A program made the translations under genes and the position numbers. Source: an uncultured Methanosarcinales archaeon (GTDB lineage Archaea > Nanobdellota > Nanobdellia > Woesearchaeales > GW2011-AR4). Taken from it: a stretch of 61,403 nt of DNA. Each line of letters begins with the position of its first letter. The stretch's first letter is position 1. The stretch is from positions 1 to 61,403 of the forward strand of contig CAZPFO010000005.1 in NCBI GenBank assembly GCA_964585935.1. The letters run 5' to 3'. A model generated the notes under the pieces. That model made no database searches, had not been told where the DNA came from, and saw only the letters and a program-made list of their open reading frames with translations. Shown piece after piece: positions 1-9,808 of this stretch.

Positions 1-293
1 GCAACCCATTGATAGCTCATGTCAAGGTCTTTTCTTTGTCCAAAGTGCTTGCTTCTTCTTCCTTTTCTGATGGTAGGCCGTTGCCTTCCGCCTCTGGAAA
101 CTCTTTGCCTCACTACAATAAATCCCTGTTTTGGCTTATAACCGAGAGAACGAGCCCTGTCAAGCCTTGTAGGCCTCTCAATCCTTAATGTAGCAGATTC
201 TTTTCTCCATTGAATAAGACGCTGTTTCCAAAGATCCCCAAGATTTTCCTTTGGTTTTTTCCAAGCCTCTTTAATATACTTATAAAATCCCAT
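1..293 (-). CDS. rpl15e: 50S ribosomal protein L15e (eL15), truncated by window start
   Basis: Manual translation from ATG at 293: MGFYKYIKEAWKKPKENLGDLWKQRLIQWRKESATLRIERPTRLDRARSLGYKPKQGFIVVRQRVSRGGRQRP..., the archaeal/eukaryal L15e signature; GGAGG RBS 8 nt upstream. Not in ORF track. Confidence 0.95.
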   Translation of the reverse strand, partial: MGFYKYIKEAWKKPKENLGDLWKQRLIQWRKESATLRIERPTRLDRARSLGYKPKQGFIVVRQRVSRGGRQRPTIRKGRRSKHFGQRKDLDMSYQWV

Positions 294-463
294 ATTCATA
301 GCCTCCATTGTTAATTCAGGCAAGCAACTGCCCACATCTATAATGGAGAATTTTTTGGTTATTTATAAAGTTAACTGAGAAAATTTGGATTTACTTTAAA
401 GTGGTGAAAAATGGTAAGATTTTTATATTAACCATCATTATTTAGTCATTATAATGGAGACTT

Positions 464-1540
464 ATGAATATGAATAGACAGTCTGAATATCTAAAATCTG
501 GTAAAGGTACTGCAATAACATCCAGAGGGCAAATTGTTGAGTATGAACCCAGAATAATTCCATACAGCGAAGGAAATCTGGTAGCAAGAAAATATAAAGC
601 GAAAGGAAAAGAGGTAAAAGGGGCTGCTATTTTTGCATTGGGTCTTGGCGCTGCAATGGAGATATCCATAGATGGTAAATTAGTAGGTGATGGGTGGGAT
701 AAAGCTCCACAAGAACTTGCAGGAAGAGGCCTTGAAGTTTATATTTTTAATCCGCCAGATAGCGGGTTAGAAGCATCAATGATTTCTGACGGGAGATTTT
801 CAATAAATAATGAGTTAAAAGCATTGAAAGCTATGTATAATCATGATGAATTAGCCAGATTTAAAAATAATAAATATCATGTTGATATAGCAGCCTCTGG
901 CAGTAGTAAAGGAGGGTATGTAATATCAGTCTCTGCAATGAAAGGGACTAAATATTGCGCTGTTTCTATTTTCAATCCAGTAGAACATTTTATGGATATT
1001 GAATCAATTAAAGATTATTTAAAGGCCTATAAACTAATTATGTATCTTCCGGGATTAAGAGAGATTTATGCTCGGTTAATCAACACTGGCGCAAACTTAA
1101 TGCCCTTTGAAACAAAAGGAAAAGAGTATCTTGATAAAATAAAAGAAGAAGGATGGAGTAAGCTTTTACCAAATTTGAAGGATATAAGTTCGCGATTTTA
1201 TTATTTAAAATCTGAAAAGTTTCACTTGGTACTTGAAGAATTAGTTAAAGCTCGTCCCCTGCATGAATTAGTTCAAGAGCATGATAAAAAACAGATAGAA
1301 ACCCCACTATTAGTATATTATTGCATTAAAGATGGAGATTTATTTTCTTTTTTAGATGATGAAAAGAAAAAAGATCTGCAAGAAAAATGGAACAGTATAG
1401 CTTCTAATCACAAATTTATCACTATTGAGACTGATGACATTCATGCATTTGGGGATGGAACCGGGAAGGTCCTTACAAGTGAGGAATTTACTAAAAGAAT
1501 AAATGAGAGCGCTGATTTTTTTCTTGATCATATGCACTAA
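464..1540 (+). CDS. hypothetical protein, possible alpha/beta-hydrolase fold
   Basis: 358 aa; nucleophile-elbow-like G-S-S-K-G-G, later D (KDGD) and C-terminal H (DIHAFG) in catalytic-triad order. Confidence 0.5.
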   Translation: MNMNRQSEYLKSGKGTAITSRGQIVEYEPRIIPYSEGNLVARKYKAKGKEVKGAAIFALGLGAAMEISIDGKLVGDGWDKAPQELAGRGLEVYIFNPPDSGLEASMISDGRFSINNELKALKAMYNHDELARFKNNKYHVDIAASGSSKGGYVISVSAMKGTKYCAVSIFNPVEHFMDIESIKDYLKAYKLIMYLPGLREIYARLINTGANLMPFETKGKEYLDKIKEEGWSKLLPNLKDISSRFYYLKSEKFHLVLEELVKARPLHELVQEHDKKQIETPLLVYYCIKDGDLFSFLDDEKKKDLQEKWNSIASNHKFITIETDDIHAFGDGTGKVLTSEEFTKRINESADFFLDHMH

Positions 1541-1604
1541 TTCTAAACTCAAAAATAGTAAATTATTTATAGACAGGGAAAATTATTAATAAAAAAGGTT
1601 AAAA

Positions 1605-2573
1605 ATGGGGTTAGACAGCCAAGACATGCTAAAAACAATTGAAGATTTCCCTATGCAGTGCAGGGAGGCTTTAGAACTGCCGAGAGCTGAGACTGTTTCT
1701 GATGATTTTGAGAATATTGTAGTTACTGGTATGGGGGGTTCGGCTGTTGGAGGGGATTTGTTAAAGAGCTATATGCATGACATAGATATTCCTGTTTTTG
1801 TAAACAGAGATTATAAGATGCCTTCTTTTGTGAATAAGAAAAGTTTAGTTTTTGCTGTTTCCTACTCAGGCAATACAGAAGAGACTTTAAGCGCGGTTAA
1901 TGATGCTATTGAAAGAAAAGCAAATGTTATCGGTATAACGTCTGGTGGCAAGCTGGCTGATGTATGTAAAAAAGTAATTAAAGTTCCCTCAGGGTACCAG
2001 CCAAGGGTTGCTTTAGGTTATTTGTTTTTCCCGATGCTGGGTATTCTGCATAATTCTGATGTTGTTAATGTTAAAAATACAGAGTTAAATGAGCTGCTGA
2101 ATATTCTGAAAAAGAAAAACTGGTTTAAGGAGGAAGGAGAGAAGCTTGCGAAAAAATTAAAAGGGAAGGTACCAATGATCTACTCTTCTGAACTGATGAT
2201 GCCCAGTGCAATGAGATTCAAGACGCAAATTAATGAGAATGCAAAGCTGCCTGCTTTTTTTAATGTTTTCTCTGAGATGAACCATAACGAGATCAATGCT
2301 TTTAAATCAATGGACAGGAAGTTCACCGCTATCTTAATCAAGGATATACATGACAATGAGAGGGTGCAAAAAAGGATGAAGATCTGCCAGGACATCATGG
2401 AAGAAACAGTTGATGTTGAGGTAATTGATACCCAGGGAGAGCATGTATTGGCAAGATTGTTTTCTGCTGTTTACTTAGGGGATCTTGCTTCTTATTATCT
2501 GGCTATTTTAAACAGAATTGACCCAAGCCCTGTTGAGGTCATTGAAAGGCTGAAGGTTGCTTTGAAAAAATAA
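1605..2573 (+). CDS. pgi/pmi: bifunctional phosphoglucose/phosphomannose isomerase (SIS domains)
   Basis: GMGGSA, SYSGNTEET, GYQPR, KTQINENAK, EMNHNE motifs. Confidence 0.92.
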   Translation: MGLDSQDMLKTIEDFPMQCREALELPRAETVSDDFENIVVTGMGGSAVGGDLLKSYMHDIDIPVFVNRDYKMPSFVNKKSLVFAVSYSGNTEETLSAVNDAIERKANVIGITSGGKLADVCKKVIKVPSGYQPRVALGYLFFPMLGILHNSDVVNVKNTELNELLNILKKKNWFKEEGEKLAKKLKGKVPMIYSSELMMPSAMRFKTQINENAKLPAFFNVFSEMNHNEINAFKSMDRKFTAILIKDIHDNERVQKRMKICQDIMEETVDVEVIDTQGEHVLARLFSAVYLGDLASYYLAILNRIDPSPVEVIERLKVALKK

Positions 2574-2677
2574 TTATTTTTATAAAATTTCATTTATTTT
2601 GTTAAAAGGGGGTGAGATAAAGATTGCTCCAAGTTTCTTCTTGGATATTTGAGAGTTAAAAATTAAGATTGGTTTAA

Positions 2678-4744
2678 ATGCTAATAAAATCCATCAAACT
2701 AAACAATATCAGGAGTTATCTTAATGATGAGATTAAGTTTCCATCTGGTTCTACTTTGTTGGCTGGAGATATAGGGGCTGGAAAGTCAACTATACTTTTA
2801 GCGGTCGAGTTTGCTCTGTTCGGAGCGAAAAAAACAGATCTGCCAGCAAGCGCCCTATTAAGGCACGGTAAAAGCAATGGAAGTGTTGAATTAAAGTTTG
2901 AGTTAGAAGGTAAAGAGATAATAATCCACAGGAACCTCAAAAGGGGAAAAAATGGCATAAGCCAGGAAAGCGGCTACATAATCATTGATGGCATCAAAAG
3001 TGAAGGGACCCATATTGAACTAAAAACAATGGTTCTTGATTTGTTGGGTTACCCAAAAGACCTTGTCTCAAAGAGCAAGGATTTAGTTTATCGGTATACT
3101 GTATACACACCCCAGGAAGAGATGAAAAGGGTTTTGCTGGAGAATAAAGAGAACAGGTTGGACACTTTAAGGAAAGTGTTCAATATTGACAAGTATAAGA
3201 GGGTGAGGGAGAATGCGGCTGTTTTTACAAGGCATTTAAAGGAAAAAAGAAAGGAATATGGGGGAAATATAGCAGACTTAGAGGAAAAAAAGAATATTAA
3301 AAAAGAGAGGGAAACTGAGGTTAAAGAAATTGAAATAAAAATAGATCAGATTATCCCTAAATTAGAAGAGATGCAGAACAAGGTAAAAGAAAAAAAAGAG
3401 GCAATAAAAAAAATTGAAGAAAAAATAAATGAAGTAAGCAAATTAAAAAGTGAGCTGGAAATTCAGGAAGTTACATTAAAGAATAAATTAGAGCAGAGAG
3501 CTAAAAATAAAGCAGATATAGAGAGGCTTGAAAATGGGATAAGAACACTGGAGAGTGAATTGGGCGATAAAAAAGTTACCGGGATTGATGAGCTGAAAAC
3601 AGAAATTAGCCTTAATGAAAACCAGATATCCTTAACGGAAAAGAAAGCAAGGGAAGCCAGCAACAGAGCAAGTGAGGCGAGGCTGGAGATAAAAAAATCA
3701 AAAGATACAAGGGAGAATGTATTGAGCCTGAGCAAATGCCCATTGTGCCAGCAGGGTGTAAGCAAGGAGCACAAGAACCATATCATAAACAGGGAAAGCG
3801 CCAATTCAGTTAAACTGGAGGAAGATCTGAAGATTTATTCTGAAGAAGAAAAAGATACAAATGAAAATTTAAGAAATTTGAGAGATAAGCTCGAGATGTT
3901 AAAGAAAAAAGAGAGCTTTATGGATCTGGTAAATTTAAAGTTAAAGAATCTGGAGGATAAAAAGAGGGAGGTAGGAAATTTGAATATACTGCAGGAAGAG
4001 ATGAAAAAGGGCATAGGCAGCATAAATATAAAGAAAATAGAGCTGAATAAAAATATTGAAGAGTTTAAGGATGTGGAAGTTGAGTATAAAGGGTCCAAAG
4101 AAGAGTTTGACGATCTGCTTTTCAATGAAAAAAATTTAGAGCTTGAAAAGATTGCCATGGAAAAAGAAAAGGAGGGCATTCATAAAATAATTTCATTATT
4201 GGAGCAGGAAATAAGCAAAAAATTAGAGATAAAGGAAAAATTAAACCATATCTGCCAGCTGCAGAACTGGCTCGAGGAATATTTTATGGGCCTTATGGGC
4301 AGCATAGAGAAGCATATCATGTTAAGGGTCTATAGTGAATTTAATGACTTGTTTAAGCAGTGGTTTACCATCCTTATTGAAGATGAAGGGATAAATGTAA
4401 GGCTGGATGAGGAGTTTACGCCAATAATAGAGCAGGACGGTTATGAAACATTTTTTGAGAATTTAAGCGGTGGAGAAAGGACTTCAGTAGCATTATCTTA
4501 CAGGCTTGCCCTGAATAAGGTTATCAATGATGTTGCTGGAGAGATAAAGACAAAAGACATAATAATGCTTGATGAGCCTACAGATGGCTTCTCAACTGAG
4601 CAGCTTGACAAGATAAGGGATGTTTTGGATGAGCTTAACATGAAACAGGTCATTATCGTAAGCCACGAAAGCAAAATTGAGAGTTTTGTTGACAATGTTG
4701 TCAGAGTCGGGAAAGAGGAGCATACGAGTCGTGTTAGTTCTTAA
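2678..4744 (+). CDS. rad50: Rad50/SbcC-type SMC-family ATPase
   Basis: Walker A GDIGAGKST, long coiled coil, central zinc-hook CPLC, signature LSGGE, Walker B MLDEPT, H-loop SHE. Confidence 0.82.
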   Translation: MLIKSIKLNNIRSYLNDEIKFPSGSTLLAGDIGAGKSTILLAVEFALFGAKKTDLPASALLRHGKSNGSVELKFELEGKEIIIHRNLKRGKNGISQESGYIIIDGIKSEGTHIELKTMVLDLLGYPKDLVSKSKDLVYRYTVYTPQEEMKRVLLENKENRLDTLRKVFNIDKYKRVRENAAVFTRHLKEKRKEYGGNIADLEEKKNIKKERETEVKEIEIKIDQIIPKLEEMQNKVKEKKEAIKKIEEKINEVSKLKSELEIQEVTLKNKLEQRAKNKADIERLENGIRTLESELGDKKVTGIDELKTEISLNENQISLTEKKAREASNRASEARLEIKKSKDTRENVLSLSKCPLCQQGVSKEHKNHIINRESANSVKLEEDLKIYSEEEKDTNENLRNLRDKLEMLKKKESFMDLVNLKLKNLEDKKREVGNLNILQEEMKKGIGSINIKKIELNKNIEEFKDVEVEYKGSKEEFDDLLFNEKNLELEKIAMEKEKEGIHKIISLLEQEISKKLEIKEKLNHICQLQNWLEEYFMGLMGSIEKHIMLRVYSEFNDLFKQWFTILIEDEGINVRLDEEFTPIIEQDGYETFFENLSGGERTSVALSYRLALNKVINDVAGEIKTKDIIMLDEPTDGFSTEQLDKIRDVLDELNMKQVIIVSHESKIESFVDNVVRVGKEEHTSRVSS

Positions 4745-5070
4745 TTTTCTACTAAAATCTCTTTTTTCTTTTTAATCGCTTTATTCATGGCTTCAGCAAT
4801 GAGAGCTTTTTCTAATTCTATTATCCTATTTGTCACAGGATTTTTGGCATTTAAAGTATAGAGCTTTGTTTTTCCAAAACTTCTTGTTACCTTTATAATG
4901 CCGTGTTTTTCTATTTCACTCCAATAGTTGAATAAAGAAGCTCTTGATATTTCTGCACCTTTTGCTATGTCTGATTTGCTAAAGTCCCCTCCTTTATTCT
5001 CTAATAGAAAATCTATTATTTTAAATATAGGCATATCTCCAGTTAAGTTCAGTAATAATGATTTTTCCAT
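4741..5070 (-). CDS. winged helix-turn-helix protein
   Basis: SKSDIAKGAEISRASLF HTH followed by wing (VTRSFGKTKLYTLN). Confidence 0.8.
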   Translation of the reverse strand: MEKSLLLNLTGDMPIFKIIDFLLENKGGDFSKSDIAKGAEISRASLFNYWSEIEKHGIIKVTRSFGKTKLYTLNAKNPVTNRIIELEKALIAEAMNKAIKKKKEILVEN

Positions 5071-5145
5071 TTTTTACCTTACACACAATTAAAATAGAAA
5101 AGTATATAAATCTTTCCATTCAAAGTCTATTTTGGTGGACTTTTA

Positions 5146-5412
5146 ATGTGGACAAATAATCAAATTAAAGGGAAAATTCTGCATAAGCTTACCCGTAAAG
5201 GAAAATTTGAGCATAGCCATACTGCTTTAGACAACTTACAAAAAAGTTTCCCGCCAGATTTAAAAGGGAGAGCAAAAAGTATGTCTCAGGAATTGGTTAA
5301 AGAAGAAATTTTACATTTGAAAAAGACAAGCTATGGAAAACAGGTTTCTATTAATATTGAAAAGAAAGAGAAGATAATGGAATATATTGCTGAGTTTTTG
5401 GGGATGGTTTAA
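5146..5412 (+). CDS. small basic hypothetical protein
   Basis: 88-aa ORF divergent from wHTH gene, plausible composition, not overlapping other genes. Confidence 0.65.
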   Translation: MWTNNQIKGKILHKLTRKGKFEHSHTALDNLQKSFPPDLKGRAKSMSQELVKEEILHLKKTSYGKQVSINIEKKEKIMEYIAEFLGMV

Positions 5413-5454
5413 GAATAATTTTCTTCTGCATTATCAATTTTACTTAAAAACTCT

Positions 5455-6210
5455 TTATTTTATTGATACACTCCAAATTAACTTAAAATAATCAAGGTAA
5501 CCTTTAGCAATTTCTTTATCTTGTATTAAAAACAAAACTGCATTATAACCTTTTATATGACCTATAACAACATAATCCTTAAAAATCTCAATCCAAACAG
5601 GGGAAATTATATTCTTTGGCAAATATTTAACTTCTGTTAGTGGCATTTGTTCTCTTACTTTTCCATAATCCCTCACATCACTGTCATAAATGTATTTACA
5701 TCTTATTCCATTTTTAATTCTTCTCTTATGCCAATCCAGTAAAAAACCTTCAATTTTCTCATTGGCAATTCTCGGAGCACCGATTATGTATTGCATTTCT
5801 CCTTTTTTTAGAGTAGATAATATTTTTTCATATACTGATTTAACTCCTCTTAATCCTTCATAAATTTCAGATTTTATAATTTCCTTTCCTGATTTCCTTA
5901 CAGAATATAATTTAGGGATTAGCTTACCTATTTCTTTTTCTTGCTCTTTGATTTTTCTTTGTTTTTCTTTCAAAAATTCCTTCAAATATTCTGGCTTAGA
6001 AGCTGCAAAATATTTTTTATTTGCTTTGATAACATAAGAAACAAGCCCTTTCTGAATTAATTTATCTAGAAACTCGTAAACCTTTGAAGCATGAATACCT
6101 GCTTCCCTTATAATATTAGTAGTAGTGGATTGGCCTAATTTCAGCAAAGTTAAATATATTTTAATCTCTGTTTTAGTTAAGCCGATTTCTTCCAGAATTT
6201 GTGTGTTCAT
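5455..6210 (-). CDS. TrmB-family transcriptional regulator
   Basis: LEEIGLTKTEIKIYLTLLKLG...ASKVYEFLDKLIQKGLV N-terminal wHTH, YEGLRGVK linker, C-terminal effector domain; probable ATG at 6210 (ORF track extends to 6255). Confidence 0.9.
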   Translation of the reverse strand: MNTQILEEIGLTKTEIKIYLTLLKLGQSTTTNIIREAGIHASKVYEFLDKLIQKGLVSYVIKANKKYFAASKPEYLKEFLKEKQRKIKEQEKEIGKLIPKLYSVRKSGKEIIKSEIYEGLRGVKSVYEKILSTLKKGEMQYIIGAPRIANEKIEGFLLDWHKRRIKNGIRCKYIYDSDVRDYGKVREQMPLTEVKYLPKNIISPVWIEIFKDYVVIGHIKGYNAVLFLIQDKEIAKGYLDYFKLIWSVSIK

Positions 6211-6250
6211 GTTATACAGATTTACTTCTGCATATTTAAAGCTTGCTAAT

Positions 6251-6271
6251 TTCACCTACTTGGTGGGTGAA
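6251..6271. promoter_or_regulatory. palindrome between divergent promoters, candidate TrmB operator
   Basis: TTCACCTAC-ttg-GTGGGTGAA (8/9 arm match) between TATA-like boxes at ~6233-6240 (minus) and ~6276-6284 (plus). Confidence 0.55.
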
Positions 6272-6306
6272 GAAATTTATTATACAAAGTAGAATAACTA
6301 CAAAAT

Positions 6307-7044
6307 ATGAAACAAAAGATACTCATAATAGGAAGGCACGGAAAGGTGATTAGGGAAGGTGGTTTAAGTACAAATAGACTCCTGCCCAATTCATTCAAAG
6401 AGATTTATATGAATATTAATAAACTTTTGAAAGATTATCATTTTTCTAAAAATGAGTGTTTTGGTTTTTATTCCAACAAGGAAAGAACATTATACACCCT
6501 AAAAGCAATATTAGTCAAAACAATAGGGATGAAATCTAAAAAAATAAGCAGGCTCCCGTCAACAGTAGATGAGCTAGGTGCTCATAACTTTTCCGGAATT
6601 GAAATAAATAATGACTTTAGAATACATAACATATATAGCGATGTAAACATAAATATCGCGAAAAAAGACCTAGATGCAACTGCTGACTTTTGGCTTAGTA
6701 ACAGAAAAGCTTGTTTCCATAAAGGGGTAAAAATAACTCCTTTTTATGAGATAAGAAGAAGGTTAATTAGCTTAATTCAAGAAAGTATTGATAAGTTAAT
6801 AAATGAGGATAAGAATTTAGGGATTATCATAGGTCATGAACCTTGGCTTTCAGTAGGACTTCTTTCCTTAATTGAACTTTCAACAGGCAAGAGAATTAAT
6901 TCAATTAAGGAGTATGGCGGAACTATTCAAATGGCTGAATTTTTCAAATTATGTATTAACAAAAGAAGGTCTGATTATCAAATAAATTTTGGGTATAGGG
7001 GAATAAATTATAGCATAAATTACAATGACTTCAGAAAAAAATAA
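6307..7044 (+). CDS. histidine phosphatase (phosphoglycerate mutase-like) family protein
   Basis: N-terminal RHG motif (IIGRHGK) and second His (IIIGHEP). Confidence 0.7.
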   Translation: MKQKILIIGRHGKVIREGGLSTNRLLPNSFKEIYMNINKLLKDYHFSKNECFGFYSNKERTLYTLKAILVKTIGMKSKKISRLPSTVDELGAHNFSGIEINNDFRIHNIYSDVNINIAKKDLDATADFWLSNRKACFHKGVKITPFYEIRRRLISLIQESIDKLINEDKNLGIIIGHEPWLSVGLLSLIELSTGKRINSIKEYGGTIQMAEFFKLCINKRRSDYQINFGYRGINYSINYNDFRKK

Positions 7045-9364
7045 AAAACAAACTAAATGGTGGCATTGGCTTGAAAGGGAACATATTCCTGTTATTTATT
7101 GTAATTTAAGAGATACTCCCCATGCATCTCGGAAAGAATTCAGAAATTTTGCAAAAACTTATTTAAGACATATCTTTATCTGGGAAAAGAATAAAATACT
7201 TATCTATTGGAAACAGCAGGACCTTGATAGTTTTGCCCAATTTTTTATAAGCCAAATAATCAATAAAACAGATTTTTTAGAAAAATTAGAAGAATATCAC
7301 TACCTTAAAGCTAAAGAACTAATTGAATCTTGCAAGAGTTTTCATAACGTTAATTTTAAGAATAAATCTAACAAGGAACTTCTAGATTATTTAGAGAATT
7401 TTGAGAGATTATATTCAAACCTTGCTTTATATACATACATTCCCGTTATAGGAACTTTTCCTATTGAAGGTATTGTTGAGCCATACCTCAAAAAGAAGTT
7501 AAAAACGATAAGGAAAGAAGATGAATATGGAACATATTACTCATTACTCACCCACCATGGAAATAAATCGTGGGTAAGGAAGGAAGAGGAAGAATTGTTT
7601 GAACTAGCTAAAAAAATAAAGCATGGTCTATTGGATAAATCTAAAATAAGTCTTTTTATTGAAAAGCATACAAAGAAATATGCATGGCTTCAACTCGGAT
7701 ATAACTTTCTGGGAAAGCCCCTATCAAAAAAATATTTTTTGAAGAAACTTGAAAAGACTCTAAAGACAGAAATAAAAAAGCTGCCTGAAATAGGTGAAAT
7801 AAAGAATGAAGTAGATAAGATTATCAAGGAGTTGAATATTGATGAAAAGCAAATTCTTCTTTTTAATGCGCTTAGTAAAATAATATGGCTAAAAGAATAT
7901 CGAGATGGAATATATACAAGGTCGCATTACGAACTTCATTTTCTCATTAAAGAAATTTTAAACAGATTCCACATTCCTAAAGATTTAGGTTCTTATATGA
8001 CGGTATCTGAATACAAAGAGTTGCTTAGGGGGAAATCTCTTGATTTAAAGAATATCCGGAGGAGGGAAGAGCTTTTTGTATGGTTGTGGGATGACAAAGA
8101 ATACTATTTCCAAGATGAAGCAGCAAGAAAGAAGCTCAATAAGGAGATCGGAAACTTAGACTTTGACAGCTATAATATTAACGAAGTGCAAGGATCTGTA
8201 GCTTCACCAGGAAAAGTTGAGGGCATCGCAAAGATAATAGAGAATGAGTCTAATCTTAATAAAATTAATGAGGGTGACATTCTAATAGCTTGCATGACAA
8301 AGCCAAGCTATCTTATTGCTATGCAAAAAGCAGTAGGATTTGTCACAAATGAAGGAGGGATAACCTGTCATGCTGCAATTGTATCAAGAGAAATGAAAAA
8401 ACCTTGTGTTATTGGTACAAAGATTGCCACAAAGATCTTTAAAGATGGTGATTCTATTGAACTTGATGCAAATAAAGGTATTGTAAAAAAATTTCAGATT
8501 AAGAAAATGAAATATATTTTATGGCTAGAAGATATAGACAAGGAGGATCTTAGAACAGTAGGTGGTAAAGGTGCAAATCTAGGAGAATTATTTGGAAAAT
8601 TTAATGTTCCGCCGGCTTTTGTCGTTACAACCAAAGCCTACAATAATTTTGTTGAATTAAAAGAATTAAAAAAAGATATTACTGAAAAACTGTCTAAATT
8701 AGATGTTGGTAATTATGAATTGCTTGAAAAAATTTCAAAAGAATTGAAAAAATTAATACTCGATAGAGAAGTATTTGAAGATTTAGTTATAGAAATCGAC
8801 AATGCTTTAAAAAAATTAAAAGGTAATAAATTTGCAGTAAGAAGCTCTGCAACTGCTGAAGATTTATTAACAGCTTCTTTTGCAGGCCAGCAAGACACTT
8901 ACCTCAATGTTGAAAAAAAAGATGTTGTTAATGCAGTTAAGAAGTGCTGGGCCTCTTTATTCAATCCAAGAGCAATCTATTACAGACACAAAAAGAAAAT
9001 ATCGCATAATGTTGCAATGGCCGTTGTTGTTCAGGAGATGGTTCAGGCAGATTTTGCAGGTGTTATGTTTACAGTTGACCCTATAAATAAAAAATATGCC
9101 TTAATAGAGGCTGCTTCTGGTTTAGGTGAAAAAGTTGTTTCGGGCAGTGTAACGCCAAGCAGCTTTATGCTAAATAAGAAAAGTCTAGAAATAGTTGAAA
9201 AAAATATAATCTATCGAATTGATGAAAATATTATAAAGAAAATTGCAAAAATTGGCCTAGAGATTGAGAAGCATTACAAAAAGCCGCAGGATATTGAGTT
9301 TGTTATTGATAAAAGCAACAAACTATATATTGTGCAATCAAGACCAATTACAACTTTAGAATAA
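7025..9364 (+). CDS. PEP-utilising-enzyme family phosphotransferase: unknown N-domain + His swivel domain + C-terminal ATP-grasp (PPDK_N) domain
   Basis: GGITCHAAIVSRE phospho-His motif mid-protein; VGGKGANLGEL, AVRSSATAED, SFAGQQDTYLN, DIEF, QSRPITT at C-terminus. Confidence 0.85.
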   Translation: MTSEKNKKQTKWWHWLEREHIPVIYCNLRDTPHASRKEFRNFAKTYLRHIFIWEKNKILIYWKQQDLDSFAQFFISQIINKTDFLEKLEEYHYLKAKELIESCKSFHNVNFKNKSNKELLDYLENFERLYSNLALYTYIPVIGTFPIEGIVEPYLKKKLKTIRKEDEYGTYYSLLTHHGNKSWVRKEEEELFELAKKIKHGLLDKSKISLFIEKHTKKYAWLQLGYNFLGKPLSKKYFLKKLEKTLKTEIKKLPEIGEIKNEVDKIIKELNIDEKQILLFNALSKIIWLKEYRDGIYTRSHYELHFLIKEILNRFHIPKDLGSYMTVSEYKELLRGKSLDLKNIRRREELFVWLWDDKEYYFQDEAARKKLNKEIGNLDFDSYNINEVQGSVASPGKVEGIAKIIENESNLNKINEGDILIACMTKPSYLIAMQKAVGFVTNEGGITCHAAIVSREMKKPCVIGTKIATKIFKDGDSIELDANKGIVKKFQIKKMKYILWLEDIDKEDLRTVGGKGANLGELFGKFNVPPAFVVTTKAYNNFVELKELKKDITEKLSKLDVGNYELLEKISKELKKLILDREVFEDLVIEIDNALKKLKGNKFAVRSSATAEDLLTASFAGQQDTYLNVEKKDVVNAVKKCWASLFNPRAIYYRHKKKISHNVAMAVVVQEMVQADFAGVMFTVDPINKKYALIEAASGLGEKVVSGSVTPSSFMLNKKSLEIVEKNIIYRIDENIIKKIAKIGLEIEKHYKKPQDIEFVIDKSNKLYIVQSRPITTLE

Positions 9365-9419
9365 AATACTGAATTCTATCTTCAGATTTTTATCAAAACC
9401 ACAACCTTTATAAATAAAT

Positions 9420-9435
9420 CTTAACATACGTTAAG
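9420..9435. promoter_or_regulatory. perfect palindrome CTTAAC-N4-GTTAAG between TATA box and start of HTH-iscS operon
   Basis: TATA TTTATAAA at 9407-9414; palindrome 9420-9435; ATG at 9439. Confidence 0.65.
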
Positions 9436-9438
9436 TTT

Positions 9439-9804
9439 ATGAGTAAAGGAATGCCCCAAGAGCTTGAAGTGTGGTATATACTGCCTTCTATAAGGAGAGA
9501 GCTAGCTAAGTCAATGATCAAGGACTTCAGTTTAAAGCAGAAGGGAGCAGCCTCTTTGCTAGGGTTAACTGAAGCTGCTGTCTCTCAATATGTAAAAGAG
9601 AAGAGGGCATCTGATATCGTATTTGAGAAGAAAATATTATCTGAAATAAAAAAATCAGCAGGCGTTATTGTCAAAGACCACAGCAAGGTTATGGGGGAAG
9701 TTATGAAGCTCTGTAATTTAGTTGATGTTAAAAAAATGCTTTGTGTTTTGCATAAAAAACATGACAAAGGCGTAGAAAAAAAATGCAAAATTTGCTTTAA
9801 GTGA
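9439..9804 (+). CDS. archaeal predicted HTH transcriptional regulator with Cys/His-rich C-terminus
   Basis: PQELEVWYILPSIRRELAK...LGLTEAAVSQY.K.KR family motif; C-terminal C..LH..H...C..C. Confidence 0.8.
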   Translation: MSKGMPQELEVWYILPSIRRELAKSMIKDFSLKQKGAASLLGLTEAAVSQYVKEKRASDIVFEKKILSEIKKSAGVIVKDHSKVMGEVMKLCNLVDVKKMLCVLHKKHDKGVEKKCKICFK

Positions 9805-9808
9805 TAAA

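Noticed and set aside
7025-9364. Annotation as PEP synthase (ppsA)
   Set aside because: Lacks the C-terminal PEP/pyruvate-binding barrel and has reversed domain order
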